From assembly GCF_009914755.1 (NCBI RefSeq), contig NC_060942.1: a DNA stretch of 64,000 nt. One strand, given 5' to 3'. This document shows positions 15,740 through 31,231 of the stretch, piece by piece (position 1 is the stretch's first letter; each line of letters begins with the position of its first letter). The position numbers and the translations under genes were made by a program. This DNA comes from the human T2T-CHM13v2.0 reference genome, Homo sapiens. A model generated the notes under the pieces. The model ran no database searches and was not told where the DNA came from. It saw only the letters and a program-made list of their open reading frames with translations.

Positions 15740-16253
15740 TGTGGTAGATAAACAATGACCACACATTCTTTGCTATTCCCCTCATTAAGAGGTGATATCT
15801 ATGTCCTCTCCCCTTGAACCTGCAGAGTGGGTTGGTGGGGGTGATCTCTGTGAAAACTTAACCAACAGAATACAGCAGAAAGAATGCCGTGCCAATTTCC
15901 AAGCTAAGCCTTAAGAGACCAGCAGCTTCCACTTTCTGACTCTTGGAAGATTTGTTCTTGGAGCCCTTGCAAGATGTCTGACTGCCCTGAGGCTGCCATG
16001 CTGGAGGGAGCCCAAGCTGGTTACTTGGAGAGGGCCTAGGAGGAGACAGTGCCAGGCCGCCCCCAGCAATTCCAACTCTCATCCCTGCCTGGCATGCCGG
16101 CTGAGACCCTGGATTGTGGCGCAGAGGAGAGTTGTGTCTGCTGTACAGTCTGAATTCCTGACCCACAGGACCAGAGCAATAATAATAATAATCAATTGCT
16201 TTAAGACACTCAGTTTTAAAATGCCTTGTTTCATGCAATAGATAACTGGAAAA
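15740..16253 (+). mobile_element. MLT1 (G/H-like) MaLR solo LTR
   Basis: TGTGGTAG start; AGCCTTAAGAGACCAGCAGCTTCCACTTTC; GCAATAGATAACTGGAA end. Confidence 0.8.
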
Positions 16254-16714
16254 TCATCCAAACATGAGATGATAAAATGTTTGATGGCAATTTAGCACGT
16301 GTATCACTAAAATGAAATTTCAGCCCCAACATTGCTCCAGTCTCAGAACAGGAAAAATTTTCCTCTGGCTATAGCTGCAGTGAGAAATCATGGCAAACTG
16401 GGGTGATGCCTCGGTATTTCCAAGGACACCAAAAAGGAAAAAAGCCTCACTGGGTTTTATAAATCAACAAAATATATGTAGATTAAATGCCTTCTGTATA
16501 AATATAGCAGAAACATAAAGAGTCTAAAATTCTAAAAAGCGATAAAAAATTTTCTAGGTAAAGCAAAGGGGGTTCTGGATTATCTTTCCCTCAAGGTAGA
16601 GGTTAAACGCCTGACTGGACAGTAACTTAAGGACTGTGTAAATGAGAACAGATTTGGCAAATGATTTTGCAACTCCAAGAGAGGTGACTGAGAAAGATTC
16701 GAATGTTAAACTCA

Positions 16715-17090
16715 TTTGTTTGTGTATATTTCTTATTTTTTGTATATTATGATGATGTTTTAACATCCTTAAAAAAACCCTTTCAGGCTGGGGAGAGACT
16801 CCTCCTCCCTCCAGGGCTAGCTAATTCTCAAAGATAGCCAAGGGCCCAGAAAGGAGCATGCCTTTGTTATGCAAACTAACCAACCTAGAGCCACACCTCC
16901 TCTACTACCTGGCCCATAGAACCCAGGAAGCAATGCTCCTCTCTCCTAATCATCCCAGGGCCAGGTACCAAGCAACTAGGGACCACATCTATAGTTTAGA
17001 CCTATCGGAAATTATTCAAACTAGCCGTTCCTAACCTGTTTACCCTGCCCTGCCTGGCCTTTCCCATGGAAACCCTAATAAAGGCAGTGA
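16715..17090 (+). mobile_element. ERVL-type LTR, MER74/LTR53 group, 3' truncated
   Basis: CCAGGGCTAGCTAATTC...ATGCAAACTAACCAA...CCCAGGGCCAGGTACC...AAATTATTCAAACTAGCC...AATAAAGGC; exact family uncertain. Confidence 0.65.
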
Positions 17091-19002
17091 ACAAAGCCAC
17101 ACAGCTTTAACTTGTACAGGGCTACACATCTGAAAACAAAACCTGTCTCTACTGCTAAGTTGTGAAAACTCTATATTAAGGTTATATGCATATACTTTGA
17201 TAGAAAAACAAGATGAATGCAATCTCCTTGCCTGGTGATATAAACCAAATATGTTTTACTAATAGCCCATGTTAATAGAGAGCAGATGGCAAAAAGTGTA
17301 TAAAGGTATGACTCATTCCTATCTTGAAATACTTCACTATTCCCTACGATCGGTAGAAGTCAGATCTCCCATTGTCTGTTTCCAGACACGGTGCTTTTAT
17401 TTTTCTTTGAGAAAAGCCACAGTACAAACGAGTGAGTTGGGTTTTTCATCCCTTTACAGATCTTCCACATTCCCTGTTGCTTGTTTTCTGCTTGTAGGCT
17501 GATGAGGCAGGAGGCAGACATGAACGACTCAGAGGAATGTAGGAGAAATATGAATGTGTAATTAAAAGAATTACATGTCTGCCTTTTTGTGCCTTTAATT
17601 TAGAAAGTCAGTGGCTTAAATCACCTACTTCACAGCATGAGTAATGCACAGAAAGTCGGTGCTGAAGCCACATTTGAAAGGACTCTGCCACCCAGACTGA
17701 AGCTGAGTGGCACTTCCTTCACTCAGTTGAAATACTTCAGTGATTCCAGTGATTGACCACTGATGGTAGTCTTATCTAGACATTCCTGCCAGTGTTTTCA
17801 AATAGACTCCAAACTGCCATTCAAGCATTTTAAAATATCTCCAACTTAGTTCCTCGATGAGAAGCCAAGAGTGAGTTTTATGCATTTGGGTCACACCAGC
17901 TGGATTGGAGCTAAAAGTTCTCACCCATCATATTAATCTTTGGATACCAATCTACAGGACAGGCCTATCCAGTCAACCCAGGCAAATTACTGCTGGGTGA
18001 GTCACTGGATTGCTGTCCCCTTCGCAGGACAGTCTCAGTAGGCCTTCAGATGGTCCAGCAAGCCACATGGCTGAGAGTACAAAGGCCTTTCACACTGTCA
18101 TGTCTGTCCAGCCCTGTAAGGTAAGAGTCACCAGGGTTAGGTAGTGGTCTCCTTGCCAGGTGATTTGTCCCTTTTCAGTCGAGACATAAACCCTTAAGAA
18201 CACCTATGATTAGGACTACGTAATTTGCCAGACAGGTATCTAACTTGGGGCACCTTTAAGGGTAGAAAATACGCAGTTTAGCAATGGTAACCCCAAAGTA
18301 TTCCTTTATTTCCGACGGCCTCTTTTAGCAATACATCCAGACCATGCTCTCTTTCCTAAGCCCTCAGTTCAATTTCTTTATCATCATTCCTCTCCTAAAC
18401 CTCTCAAAATCAAATGTTTGAGTATAATTTTTGTGCCACTCAATTGACTGATTCCCCTATTTGTTAAACATTGAATAAAATGTTTATTAAGTGCCAGGCC
18501 ATATGCTAAGAACTCAAGATACACAAATGCATACTCATTAGAAGAAAAATTCAAACAAGGAGCAATATATAAGGTAAAAATGTGAGTTTCCTTTACCTTT
18601 TCCAATTTTACCCCCCAGAGGTAACTACTGTTAATAGTTTATATTTTTATAGATTATTTTATAAATATATTTTATAGATTATTATAGATTATTTACAAAA
18701 TACATACACATAGATGCATACGTGCACACACACAGAACCTATGCATTACATTCTAAGCATGTACATATGGAAGTATGGGGCGAGTCCGGTTATTTGCTCA
18801 TACACATTATGAAACCCATGAGATAAAACGTGTAAGTTATTAAAAATTATACTAATGCTCTCTTTAAATTCCTACTTTGATTTTTTGTTTATATAAATTT
18901 CTTAGTTTTTAGAAATAAGACACAACTGGACCCACAGCCAGCCAGCCCAAGAAGCTTTCTCTGTAAATACGCTTCTCACTCATTTGTTCAAAACAATATT
19001 TA

Positions 19003-19303
<301 letters not shown>

Positions 19304-20749
19304 AAACCATTATTTATTGGCCTAGAACATGTGCAGGACATCGTGTTAACTAGGAATACAAAAATGAAGATGTGACATTTCCCTCAAGTCTAGAATACAC
19401 AGGATTAAAATTAAAATATGTATTATTTTCTTCCAAATAAAATTCTTCTTCTTCTTTTTTTTAACAAAATAGCCTCAAAAATCCTTTTGGTTATAAATCA
19501 TTTTTTTCTTCTTCACAGTGCATAAACTATCAGGTGCCATGATGATAGTTGTTCAAATACTAGCCTTCCCAGTATCAGTGAATGCCTTCCTAGAAAAATC
19601 TTAAGAAATTACTCTTTCTAGCAGAAATTTCAGGTAACTTGAGAAACCAGTAAATGAGATTTTAAGGGAAACAGACTGAACTTTCAGTAGCTTTCCTATC
19701 ATACTGACCACACACGCCCAGGGCTGGTCTGATAGTAAGAACGACTTCTGGTTTTGTTTTTTGTTTGTTTTTTTTTGTTTTGTTTTTTTTTCCCAGTCTT
19801 TTACAATTAAGGTTAACTCAGTCAGAATGTGCTGATATGGTTCCTGGTTCAGAGGAGGTGTAAGAAGTGCTTGGAGACCAGTCTCTCCTTCCCAAAAGAG
19901 AATTATGCAGGTTGAGAGAGCTGAAGGGCTCATCTGATGTCAAGCTTTAATGCCATCTCTCTCATCTCTCTCATCCTAGAAGACAGTCTCTTGCTCCTTC
20001 CAAATGGGAGGGAAAAGGGAGGTGCTACAGATGAGCATTCATAGCTGCCACTAAACCGAGTTTCCAGAACAGCATCTTTTAGAGAGAGAAAACAATTATA
20101 GAACCAACATCCCTGATCATTTTTCTATGTGGAATGAAAGCCCTGTTATAAATTACACCAAAGACTTAAATCATGGCATGACCTAGGAGTGACCCTTCCG
20201 CCTTACATCAGTGCAGCCAGCCTGGTGACTCCCCCAACCTCCATCACCATGGATCCTGCATTACAGAAGGAATGAAGATCGTAGTGGGACTTACGTAAGC
20301 TGCGAGCCCGTCGCCATCCAGCCCTCTGCTCACATTAACACTAAGCAGTATATAATTTAGAAAGGGGGAAATGCTATCATAGCTTTTGCCCCCACATTGC
20401 TATGAAATTCCAGACTTTTATGTGCAGGAAGCTCCATGTTGATCTTGGCGTCCCCATGGGTTAAAAATCTTGTTTAAATGGTGCAGCCTTAGAATAGCCT
20501 TTGAGGTTTTTCCTATGTTGTTTTATAAGAGGCTTCTGCCTGATTATTTACAGATGCTGTCTCTGAGAAAGCTGAAAATAGTCTCACTATGAACACTGAA
20601 ATTCAGTGTCCTTTACTATTTTCTGGTGAATAGCTCACCAGAGCTCAAGCCCAAAGGTTGGCTTACCAAACTGGCTTTTCAAGAGGACTTCTGATGTTGT
20701 CATCTCAGGCACTGAGGTTTCTGCTGACCTGGCCTCAGCTGGTCAATAA

Positions 20750-20950
20750 GTCACTCGTCAATGCACTGGCTCAACAAGTATGTTGGACCTACTCTGTGTC
20801 AGGCCTGCATCAGGATGTGGGGACACAGAGGCAGAAACCAAGGCTCTGCCTTGGAGAGCTCAGTCTAAGGAGAAGCAGTAAGTCTGCCGACAACCAGGAG
20901 GTAGAGGAGTGAATGCCATGTCACAGCTGAGCAGGGTGTGCTGGGTCACC
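20750..20950 (-). mobile_element. L2 3' fragment
   Basis: CAACAAGTATGTTGGACCTACTCTGTGTCAGGC...GGAGAGCTCAGTCTA. Confidence 0.6.
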
Positions 20951-21959
20951 TCATGGGTGTGGGGGAGAGGAGGCGAGCCGGGCGGCCTTCCCTTACTCAC
21001 AATAAGCAAGGCAGGACAATAGAGGTGTGGTTTCCTGTACTTGGTTTTTTTCCTTCTTCAAATCCAAATCAGGCTATTGCCTCTAGGGAGGCATGATCTG
21101 TAACCTCTCAGACTGGGAGAGATCTGTTCTTATTCTTCAAAATCTCCAGAGAAGAACTTAGTGCAACCTTCTTAATTGTGTCTATGGTATTCACCAACGT
21201 ATGCAGAAAGCTCTTCAGTCTCCATAACTCAAACCCGTGAGTTGCAGTTGAAGTTACTTTCTCTTGCACCAGCCTTGTTGGAGAGCCGGCCTACTGGAAG
21301 CATCTTCCTACACACGGGGTCATGCCCCCGACCCTTGCTCTTTTCCAGGCTGGGCAGCTGCCCCTCCCACCCAGGGCTCATTCTTCATCTCCTTTCCATG
21401 ATTTCAGTGTCACATCCTAGACTCACTCCAAACCCTCCTATCCCTTCTCAATTACCAAATGCAGACTAGACCAGGAGGGGAGTGTGCTGGGCCAGAGCTT
21501 TTCCTTCCCAATTCCTGCAAATTCCTGAGAGTCCCCCCAGGCTGATGAAATGAGTCTCTTTGTACATGATCACCAGGAGAGACTCTGGGATGACAGCGCT
21601 GGGGGAAGAGGTGGGGGAGAATAAAATACAGTCCTTACAGGTTTAATTAAAGACACACAGCCCCCACGGTCATCAACATCACCATTGCTGGCACCACTAA
21701 CCTCTCTGGAGCCATGAGGGCATGTGGGTGAGTGAATATTGGAGAAGTGCTTTTGGACTAACAGTAGTACCATAAATAACTGTTACTGAGTTAAAGACAT
21801 CTCTATGTGATTTACAGCTTGCAGTAATAATGACCTGGTGAGTTTAAGAACTCACCACCCCACCTCTTGTTCCACAGCCTCCTCTTCTTAAAGAAAAATG
21901 AACCCCAAGCTAAGCCGAGAGCCATAACATAATCACATCTCATCTTGGTATAGCATTTT

Positions 21960-22140
21960 TCATTTTCCCAAATATTTTCCCACATCACCTCATCTAATCC
22001 TCACAGCAACCCTGTGCAGTGAATCTTAAATATACTGACTTACAGCTAAGAAAACAGAGGCACAGGATGTTAAGTGACTTGTCCAAGATCACATGGAAAG
22101 TATCAGAGGTCGGATTCAGACAGGTCAGCCTCACTCCTCT
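21960..22140 (-). mobile_element. MIR
   Basis: TCATCTAATCCTCACAGCAACCCTGTG...GTTAAGTGACTTGTCCAAGATCACA. Confidence 0.78.
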
Positions 22141-22724
22141 CTTTTAGACTACCACTACTATTTGTAAAATGCATCATGGCTTCTATGGCACTTTTCACAT
22201 ATTTTATTGGTTCTCAAAACATTCCTAGGATGTAATTAAGAAACGAGCAATAATACACACTGTGTAGGATGTAATTGAGAAAATTGTTGAAATGAACCAG
22301 AATGATTAATGGGTTGTTGTCAATGGAAAACTAGGCATTGCCTAGGAGACCCTTCCAGGTTATGTGATTCTATGAGGTCTCTGCGTGTTTTGGGGTCTGC
22401 GAGCAATTTTACTACTGTGTAAGTTGTAGGTAATGAAGAGCAATGTAAGTGATTTTTACTCATAGACATGAGTAAATTTTGTGCAGTGGAAGCGCAGTTG
22501 CTTTCCCTCCCTTTCTATGGAAGAAGCCAGTTTTGCATCTACTAGGTAAATTCACTTCAGCATTCCTGACCGCTTCTATATGGACCTGCTCTTTGAATTC
22601 TCCTGTGAATTGGCTGTAACATCTTATTGATTCCCTCATTAATTAATCAGTTAAATAAATCTTTGACACATGTTCATTTGATATAGGTATGAGTCATGAT
22701 TTTATCTTTAAAAATAATAACTCT

Positions 22725-22900
22725 TTAATAACACCTAACATTTATTAAGCACTCAGTCTAAGCCCTTACTAAGGGCTTTACGTGCATTTATTTCTTTCAA
22801 CAATCATAAGGCAAGCACTCTTGTAGCCATTTTAGAGATGAAAAGACAGAGGTTCCGAAGGATTCGATAACTTGCTCAAGATCCCACAGTCAGGAAGGGA
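22725..22900 (-). mobile_element. MIR
   Basis: AACATTTATTAAGCACT...CCATTTTAGAGATGAAAAGACAGAGG. Confidence 0.72.
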
Positions 22901-23159
22901 AGGGATCATTTTCTCTCCCTTCTCTCTGAGGCCATCACTATTATTTTCCCTAAGGGTCTGCAATATATGGAACTAAATAACTTCCTAGGGCTGCAAGACC
23001 CCTGAAGAAGGTAGACACTTGTGTCCCTCTGGGATGGCTGTGCGTGGCAGGCTGCAGTTGTAATCAGTCTCATTTCCAATGCTGACTAACATTCCACTGA
23101 TAGGCAATTTGGGTGTACTCAATATTTTCTGCCTCCCACACACAGATGACTTGAGGGAA

Positions 23160-23295
23160 GAGGGTGTCATGGAAACAGCACTGGCCTCTGAGTTAGAAGA
23201 CTTGCATACTGGGGCTGGCTCAGCTACTGACAAGCAGCATGATGTGAGGCGAGCCACTTAACCTTTCTGGTTCTCATCTGTGTAGTAAAGATGAG
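23160..23295 (+). mobile_element. MIR
   Basis: GGAAACAGCACTGGCCTCTGAGTTAGAAGAC...AGCCACTTAACCTTTCTG. Confidence 0.65.
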
Positions 23296-24001
23296 TCAGC
23301 AGACAACACGGTTAGCAAAAGCATCGCCAAATTCAGCTACGCCAGCAATGCCAACAAAGGTGACTCCCAGCAAGCGAGGTGAGCGTCCTATGTGGGCCGT
23401 AGGGAGAGAAATCCTCATTTCAAGACGGGTAAAGAAGCATTTAGAATCTGAGGTCATCAAGTCCACGTTGATAGGTGTGCTCTACATCTCATGCTTGATG
23501 GGCAGAGCTGACCTGGGTGATTTCTCAGGCCTAGCTCTTTAGAGCTTCTTCACTGGAGTCCCTAGACGGTGGTTCAGAGATGCAGCCCTCTTGAAAGAAA
23601 AGTAAAACTCTGTTACTGGGACTAAAAAATCTGAGGCTTTAATCCTCTGAGGAAAAAGACCTTGTCTTCTTCATTGTTGTATTCTCTCTAGTGACTTGCA
23701 CAATTCATAACCGGTCCTCAAATGTGCATTGAATTGAATCGAATGCGCACCTATTGACTACATTTATTTGGGGCCTACCAAACACCCAGCACTATCCCAG
23801 GATGAAGGAGACCCTAGGCCCACCTCAGGGTGCTCTCCAGATTCCATATTCTCTTTTCTGGCTGTGTCTGGTGGGCGTTCTCTTTCTCTTTCAATGTTTA
23901 AGAAGAACATTGCCTTTGGTGTTTATCATCGTTTAAAAACATGCAATTCTACACACTCTGTTATTTGCTCCCAGGGAAGTCCTACCTAAAGAGCTTTTCC
24001 T

Positions 24002-24297
24002 GGCCGGGCGTGGTGGCTCATGCCTGTAATCCCAGCACTTCGGGAGGATGAGGCAGGCAGATCACCTGAGGTCAGGAGTTTGAGACCAGCCTGGCCAACA
24101 TGGTGAAACCCCATCTCTACTAAAAATATAAAATTAGCCGGGCATGGTGGTATGTGCCTGTAATCCCAGCTACTCGGGAGGCTGAGGCAGGAGAATCACT
24201 TGAACCCAAGAGGTGGAGGTTGCGTGAGCTGAGATCCTGTCACTGCACTTCAGCCTGGGCAAAAAGAGTGAAACTCCGTCTCAAAAAAAAAAAAAAC
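24002..24297 (+). mobile_element. AluSx/Sq
   Basis: Full dimer; TSD AAA(G/C)AGCTTTT. Confidence 0.94.
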
Positions 24298-25392
24298 AGC
24301 TTTTTCTACCCAATATTGATTCAGTGTTTACCACAGGCCTTGCCTTGTTCTATGCACTGGGAATATGGCAGTGATTAAAACAGAAAAAGTCCTTGTTCCC
24401 ATAGAGTTCATTTACATTTGGTGTGAGATGAGAACAGAAAAATCAGATCCTTTTGTTAAAAGTAGTGCTAAGTGATTATTTCAAGTAACTCACTGGGTGA
24501 CTAAACAAATGGACCACAACACACCCCATGGATGGCTCAACCATCTGCTATTATGCCTTAAAAAAGTCATTAATTAGAAATTATATTCAGCTGCTATGTT
24601 TAGGTACAGGTCTTTGGGAGTTCATTATAAAAGAATTACTTTAAATAAGGTATTACTTCTGAAAAGAAGCTGCATTGCATGTAATTAGGTGACTGAAAGT
24701 TGTCTTTTTTTGAAAATTAAGTTTAAAACTATAATATAACTTGGGAGAATAATAATAATTAAGACACCAAACTATTACATATAAATAAGATGTCTTTTCA
24801 ATAAAATTTCATTAATTTAATGTTTTTCTCCCTTTGGATTCAATTACATCAGGTCAAAATAGACTTGCTCAAGAGCAAATTTTCTAAGGAACAAATCTAG
24901 CATTTACTAAGGAACACAAACACCGTAAAGGGGCTTTTATAAAAGGTATTTTTTAACCAGATGGAAGGCTTTACTTTAAAAATGTAAAAGGTCATACAAG
25001 CCCACCATTTTGGGGGTAATCATAATTTTTTAACAGGCCTAAGTGCACATTCTTAACACACAAGTGAGACTTTTAATTCTTTAAAAAGCAGTAGGGAGTG
25101 ATTTTTTCCTAAACATTAAGAAGGAAAATTCCCCAGAGATTATGAAGTCACAAAACCTGAAACTAAAAATTTGCTCACATTGAGATGTAAGTTAATCATC
25201 TACTCTGTGTGTGTTTTTATGTTTTTTTTGTTTTGATTTGTTTTTTTAACAAGAACACGTTGTCTCTCCCATGGTAATGATGCAAATTTCAAAGTATTTA
25301 AACTGTTATCAGAACAATGTGTACAATGCCAGACAATCTCTACAGTTGGCTGATTTGATTGTAAATAACACAAACTATTTTTTTTCATGTAA

Positions 25393-25700
<308 letters not shown>

Positions 25701-25859
25701 TCATGTAATTCTTTACCAACACAAGCTAGCAAAGAACAGGCCCCAAAGAGAAAGACAACATAGAGCTGCATGATGACAGATGTGGATATGAATGGCTGAT
25801 TCCAGGCCCACGTGAGCATAAATGCAGCCCTATGATCGTAAAGATTCCTCATCCATCTA

Positions 25860-26082
25860 TCTACCCAAACTAGCGCCCCCTTTGCTTTCTAATCTTTATT
25901 GCCCTTATTTTAATTACTGCCTGGTATCACAGGTCTATTGTTAATTTCCGTCTCTCCAAATAGAATGTAAGCTGCCTTAGGATAGCGACTCTGTTTTGCT
26001 CAGTTCTGCATCGCCAGCTCCCAGGACAGGGCCTGGCCTATGGAATTTGCTCAATAAATATTTGTTGAAAGAATAAATAAAT
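25860..26082 (+). mobile_element. L2 3' end
   Basis: TAGAATGTAAGCT...GCTCAATAAATATTTGTTGAA. Confidence 0.8.
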
Positions 26083-26084
26083 CC

Positions 26085-26453
<369 letters not shown>

Positions 26454-26910
26454 TTATATTTTTCCAGAGTTCTTTCCTAATTATTAGTAGTACATTTTGA
26501 AAAATAGTCTTTCCCTTTCACTTATACAGTAAATTTAAACTTCCAGTGAATAAAAATCTCTAAGAATTTATTGGTATAGGCAAAACTGCTAAGAATTTGA
26601 GTATAAATGGGCTAAGCTAAATTTATAAATCCAGCCTACTATCTAAAAAGTAGTCACTTTTTTAAACCGAAAAGTCAATTTTAATTTATTTTCAACCTAC
26701 TTTTCTTTCACCACAATCATCATACAGACATCCAGCTGAAATACTGTATATCCCAATGAAGAGGGAAACCATTTAATGTAAAGCCATGGTCATATGAAAG
26801 AACATTTTTTAGGACACAAAATAAATATAGTAATAAAACTAATTTCCTAAACAAATATATTTTGTTAACCCAAGGGGCCACAATTTTGGAAATATAGAAT
26901 GACTCCATGA

Positions 26911-27321
<411 letters not shown>

Positions 27322-27399
27322 TATACACATTTTATAATGATTGGTTACTGATGTGGGGTTTGGATCAGAGTCTTCATAGTTTGCATCTCTGCCTTATAT

Positions 27400-27725
27400 T
27401 GAAAGACTCCTCAGGACAAGGATCATGTCTCATTCAGGTTTATTTCTTGAAGCACGTTGGCAGATGCCTGAGACCCAACTGGTTATCAATAAAACCAGAC
27501 CTGAATGAATGAATAACCTATAGACTGCGGAGGTGGAAGAAGACAGCCAAGTAAAGGATGACTGAGGTGTTTAGTCTGGGCAAATAGGGATGGCATTAAT
27601 GTGGTGAATGCATGAGGAGGAGCACACTGGAAGCAAGGTAATGAGTGTGACATGTTGAGTTTGAAGTCCTGTTACACAGCTGGGTGGAGAGGTCCAGCAA
27701 TAAGCAGTTAAGAAAACTGGGCCAG
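27400..27725. mobile_element. L2 fragments (+ strand 3' end, then - strand internal piece)
   Basis: CCTCAGGACAAGGATCATGTC...TGAATGAATGAAT; GACATGTTGAGTTTGAAG...GGAGAGGTCCAGC. Confidence 0.6.
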
Positions 27726-27849
27726 TGCCTAGGAGGAGTGCCAGGGCTCCTTCCCCCACATTTACTGGTCCTCGGTTCCCTTCAACACATAGTATGTTGG
27801 GAAAGCAGTAGCGGCAGTAGAAGTGGTAGTAGCAGCAGCAGTAGTAATA

Positions 27850-28030
27850 ATAAGTGTAGCCACTTATTGAACTCTTGCCATGTGCCAGGCACTGTGCTAA
27901 GGAGATTTTATATATGTATATCTCCCCTAACTCTTACAAAAACCCAAAGAGGTAAATCCCATATTATCTAGAGAGGTTAAATAACTTGCCTGTGGTCTGT
28001 CACAAAGCCCCCCACACTCTAAATCATTTT
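27850..28030 (-). mobile_element. MIR preceded by (AGY)n low-complexity run
   Basis: CACTTATTGAACTCTTGCCATGTGCCAGGCACTGTGCTAAG...GAGGTTAAATAACTTGCC. Confidence 0.72.
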
Positions 28031-28507
28031 ACTAAAATCCAACCCAAGAAGGCTTGAATAGAACATGGAAAGATCACTGCTGTCATTAACTTTAAATATG
28101 CCATCACATCTTCTCCATCTTTTTGTCTACACTCTTAGGTCTGGAACTGGATCCATAGTGAACCTGGACTTGATTATGTCCATTCACCACCTTCATTAAT
28201 TAATTCATTCATTAACTAACAAACATTTATTGGATTCCAAATATTAAGTTCTGGTATCTACATTAAGGATCTAGCTCTGAGACCTACGTTAAAATATTTA
28301 AGTACTAAAACAATATTATCATCAGCAAATAGCAGGAATTTATAAAATACAGCGAAAGAGGAAACAGAGCATGGTGGACACTCCCGCTAGAAAAGGAACC
28401 GATGTCTAGGAATCCATCCTCAGCTCAGCCACTAACCTGGCTACAAAACTTCATTTAGTCTGACTGGGTCTCAATTTCTTTATATAAAAACTAAGGGGGT
28501 AAGACTG

Positions 28508-29092
28508 CAATCAGTTCTGCTGTATCCAAATTCATTCCAACCTAATTGATACATTAGGGAAAAATTTGGGTGTATCATGAATTTTGCATTTTTGCTTATA
28601 CGTGATTTCTTTTGTGAAAAACACTAAGTGAATGCAGAAAACTTCTTCCAGCTGGACTAATCCACAAAATACACATGCACACACCTCAATAATCTACCAG
28701 CTCCCTCAGTTCACCATGTGCTGCGAGCCACACCCATCCACATCTGATATTATAACTGTCTATCTGATTTTGGACAACCTTCCTTGCACCCCTTCACAAA
28801 ATCTCACAAGCTGCAACCCTTCCGGCGCTCACCTCCCCAAGCAAACCTTTCAAGGTAAAGTGCCATATTTATTTTGTATTTATGTATTTCTTAGCCAGTT
28901 AACATGCATTAAACTGTGCTGACAGTTTTATTAGGTTCTTGTCTCTTTTTTCACATGTGTCATTGAGGAAGTTTTGGAGTATTGTGCCCGTTACTCCACC
29001 TTTCCTGTAAGTCTGTGGCTTTCATGGCATAATTTTGCACAGTGTGATGATTGTTAGGAAGGAAATACATTGGATTACAGCAGAACTGACTA
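28508..29092. mobile_element. MER82-like TcMar-Tigger fossil inserted into a MIR
   Basis: Terminal inverted repeats TCAGTTCTGCTGTA / TACAGCAGAACTGA visible at both ends. Confidence 0.8.
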
Positions 29093-29707
29093 TCTTGAGA
29101 TCATTTTCAAATTTAACATTCAGTTCTGCCTAATTTCTCTAAGTTCATGGACTGTTTCCCCATGGTAGTCCTTCAAACAAGTTAACATGCTGAACCACAC
29201 CAATCGGAGGCTGAAAATAAGAAGCAGCACTTATTTCAGTCTGAGCTTACATTTTTTTCCTATGAGGGAAAAAAGGATCAAGTCATATCATTAAAATGGT
29301 TGAGCACTTGCTATCAATTTTGCTCCACCCTAGGGGAAAGTACCTCCATCCTTGCGCTTGGAAAGTTGTTACTTTAGAAAGGCTGCCCTTTAGTTTTCTA
29401 CCCCCAAACCAAGGATGCCTGGGGCTTCATCTGAGGCAGGACTGGTAAGTCCCGAGAAACCTCAGATAGTCTGAAGGCTATTTGAGTACTACTGCCAGTT
29501 TTTTCTCTGAGACTCCTGTGGCAACTAGACCATTGGTTTCTTAGGAGATGTTGCATTCCCCAGGAGGCCCTGACATCAAGCTGTTACTCAGCCCAAAAGC
29601 CAATCAGCTCCAGGAGTTGTTTCTCACAGAAGACAAAAAAGGCTTCCTAAGCCAGACCTGATCATCGCATCCTGAATCCAGAGTCTGCCCTGCTTATTAA
29701 AAGGCTA

Positions 29708-30031
<324 letters not shown>

Positions 30032-30519
30032 TTATAATCTTCCAAACATAATTAAGAGAGAGAAAAGAGAAGAGAAGAGCCAAATACCCTGCAAAGTCTA
30101 CTATAAAAATCATACTCATACCCTAGGTGAGTCATTACGCTTATATGAGGTCATTGCTATTATTACTAAAAATGTAACACTACTGAAATATTATCCACAA
30201 ACCATTAAGTCATTCTCATTGTCTGAGAAAAAGGAAGGAGAATTATTAGGATATACGCTTTATACTTACAATAAAATACAGTAAGTGCATATGCCAACAA
30301 TTAAAAAGTGGTTCAAAGCATCATTTGAAAATGCAAGAAACAAAAGAAGATACACAATGTTTAAAATTGCAGGTATTTTTCAAAAATACAAAGTAATAAT
30401 GACTGATAACAATCCAGAAAGATAAAGGCAGCACACAGTATTTTCATGACAACTCTATCACTGGGGCTAATGTTTTGCTTCCATATGAACTAGATCTGGC
30501 TTGGAGTCCATGTTTCCAT

Positions 30520-31200
30520 TACTATATTGCATAAGCAGTCACATCTGGCCCATTCTTCCTCTGCAAAACCTCTCTTGGCCACTCTTCCTTCTGACAGTTC
30601 TTTGTCACTGTCCTCATCAGCTCAGGTTGCCAGTAACTCCTGCCTGGAGTGATGCAATGCACTGTCAAACTCAAATTCCTGCCTGAGATATCTCCTCTCT
30701 CCAATCACTTCCCTGGTCATAGTGCCATCAAAATCATCTTCCCAAAAGCACATATTTGAAGCTCACTCTCCCCAGCTGAACATACAGTGGCTCTTTTTTT
30801 CCTTACAGACTCCTTCAAATAGCTTTTAATGAAAACATCATTCCCAATGCACCCCTCTGATTTTAGCCTAAACCACTTTTTCCTGCTCCATTTCTCATCC
30901 TGGCTAGCCACATATCCTTCCATTGAACCAAACCACTTGCCATTCCCAAAAGTGCCCCACCTCGAGGCCATGCTCACAACATTTGCTCAGCTTGGAATAT
31001 GCATCCTTTCAGCCTTGCCTGTTATCACAACAACTTTCCTGACTTTGACCAGCAGCTTTCTGGTGTTTATTTAGCAACTATTCTGATATTTTAATTCTTT
31101 TCATTTATACTTTCCTAGCTGGACTCTGAGTTTATTAAAGATTCTGGCACGGAGCACACTCTCTTGCACATTATTAATATTCACAAAAATGTAACTGACT
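30520..31200 (+). mobile_element. Degenerate L2
   Basis: Pyrimidine-rich L2 3' region motifs (AAATCATCTTCCCAAAGCACATATTTGA; CTGGACTCTGAGTTT). Confidence 0.6.
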
Positions 31201-31231
31201 TGACCTTCCAATTTGAAGAAGGATAAGAAGT

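Noticed and set aside
25871-25889. CTCF-like AGGGGGCGCTA on minus
   Set aside because: Only the 3' half matches; the key CC positions are missing.
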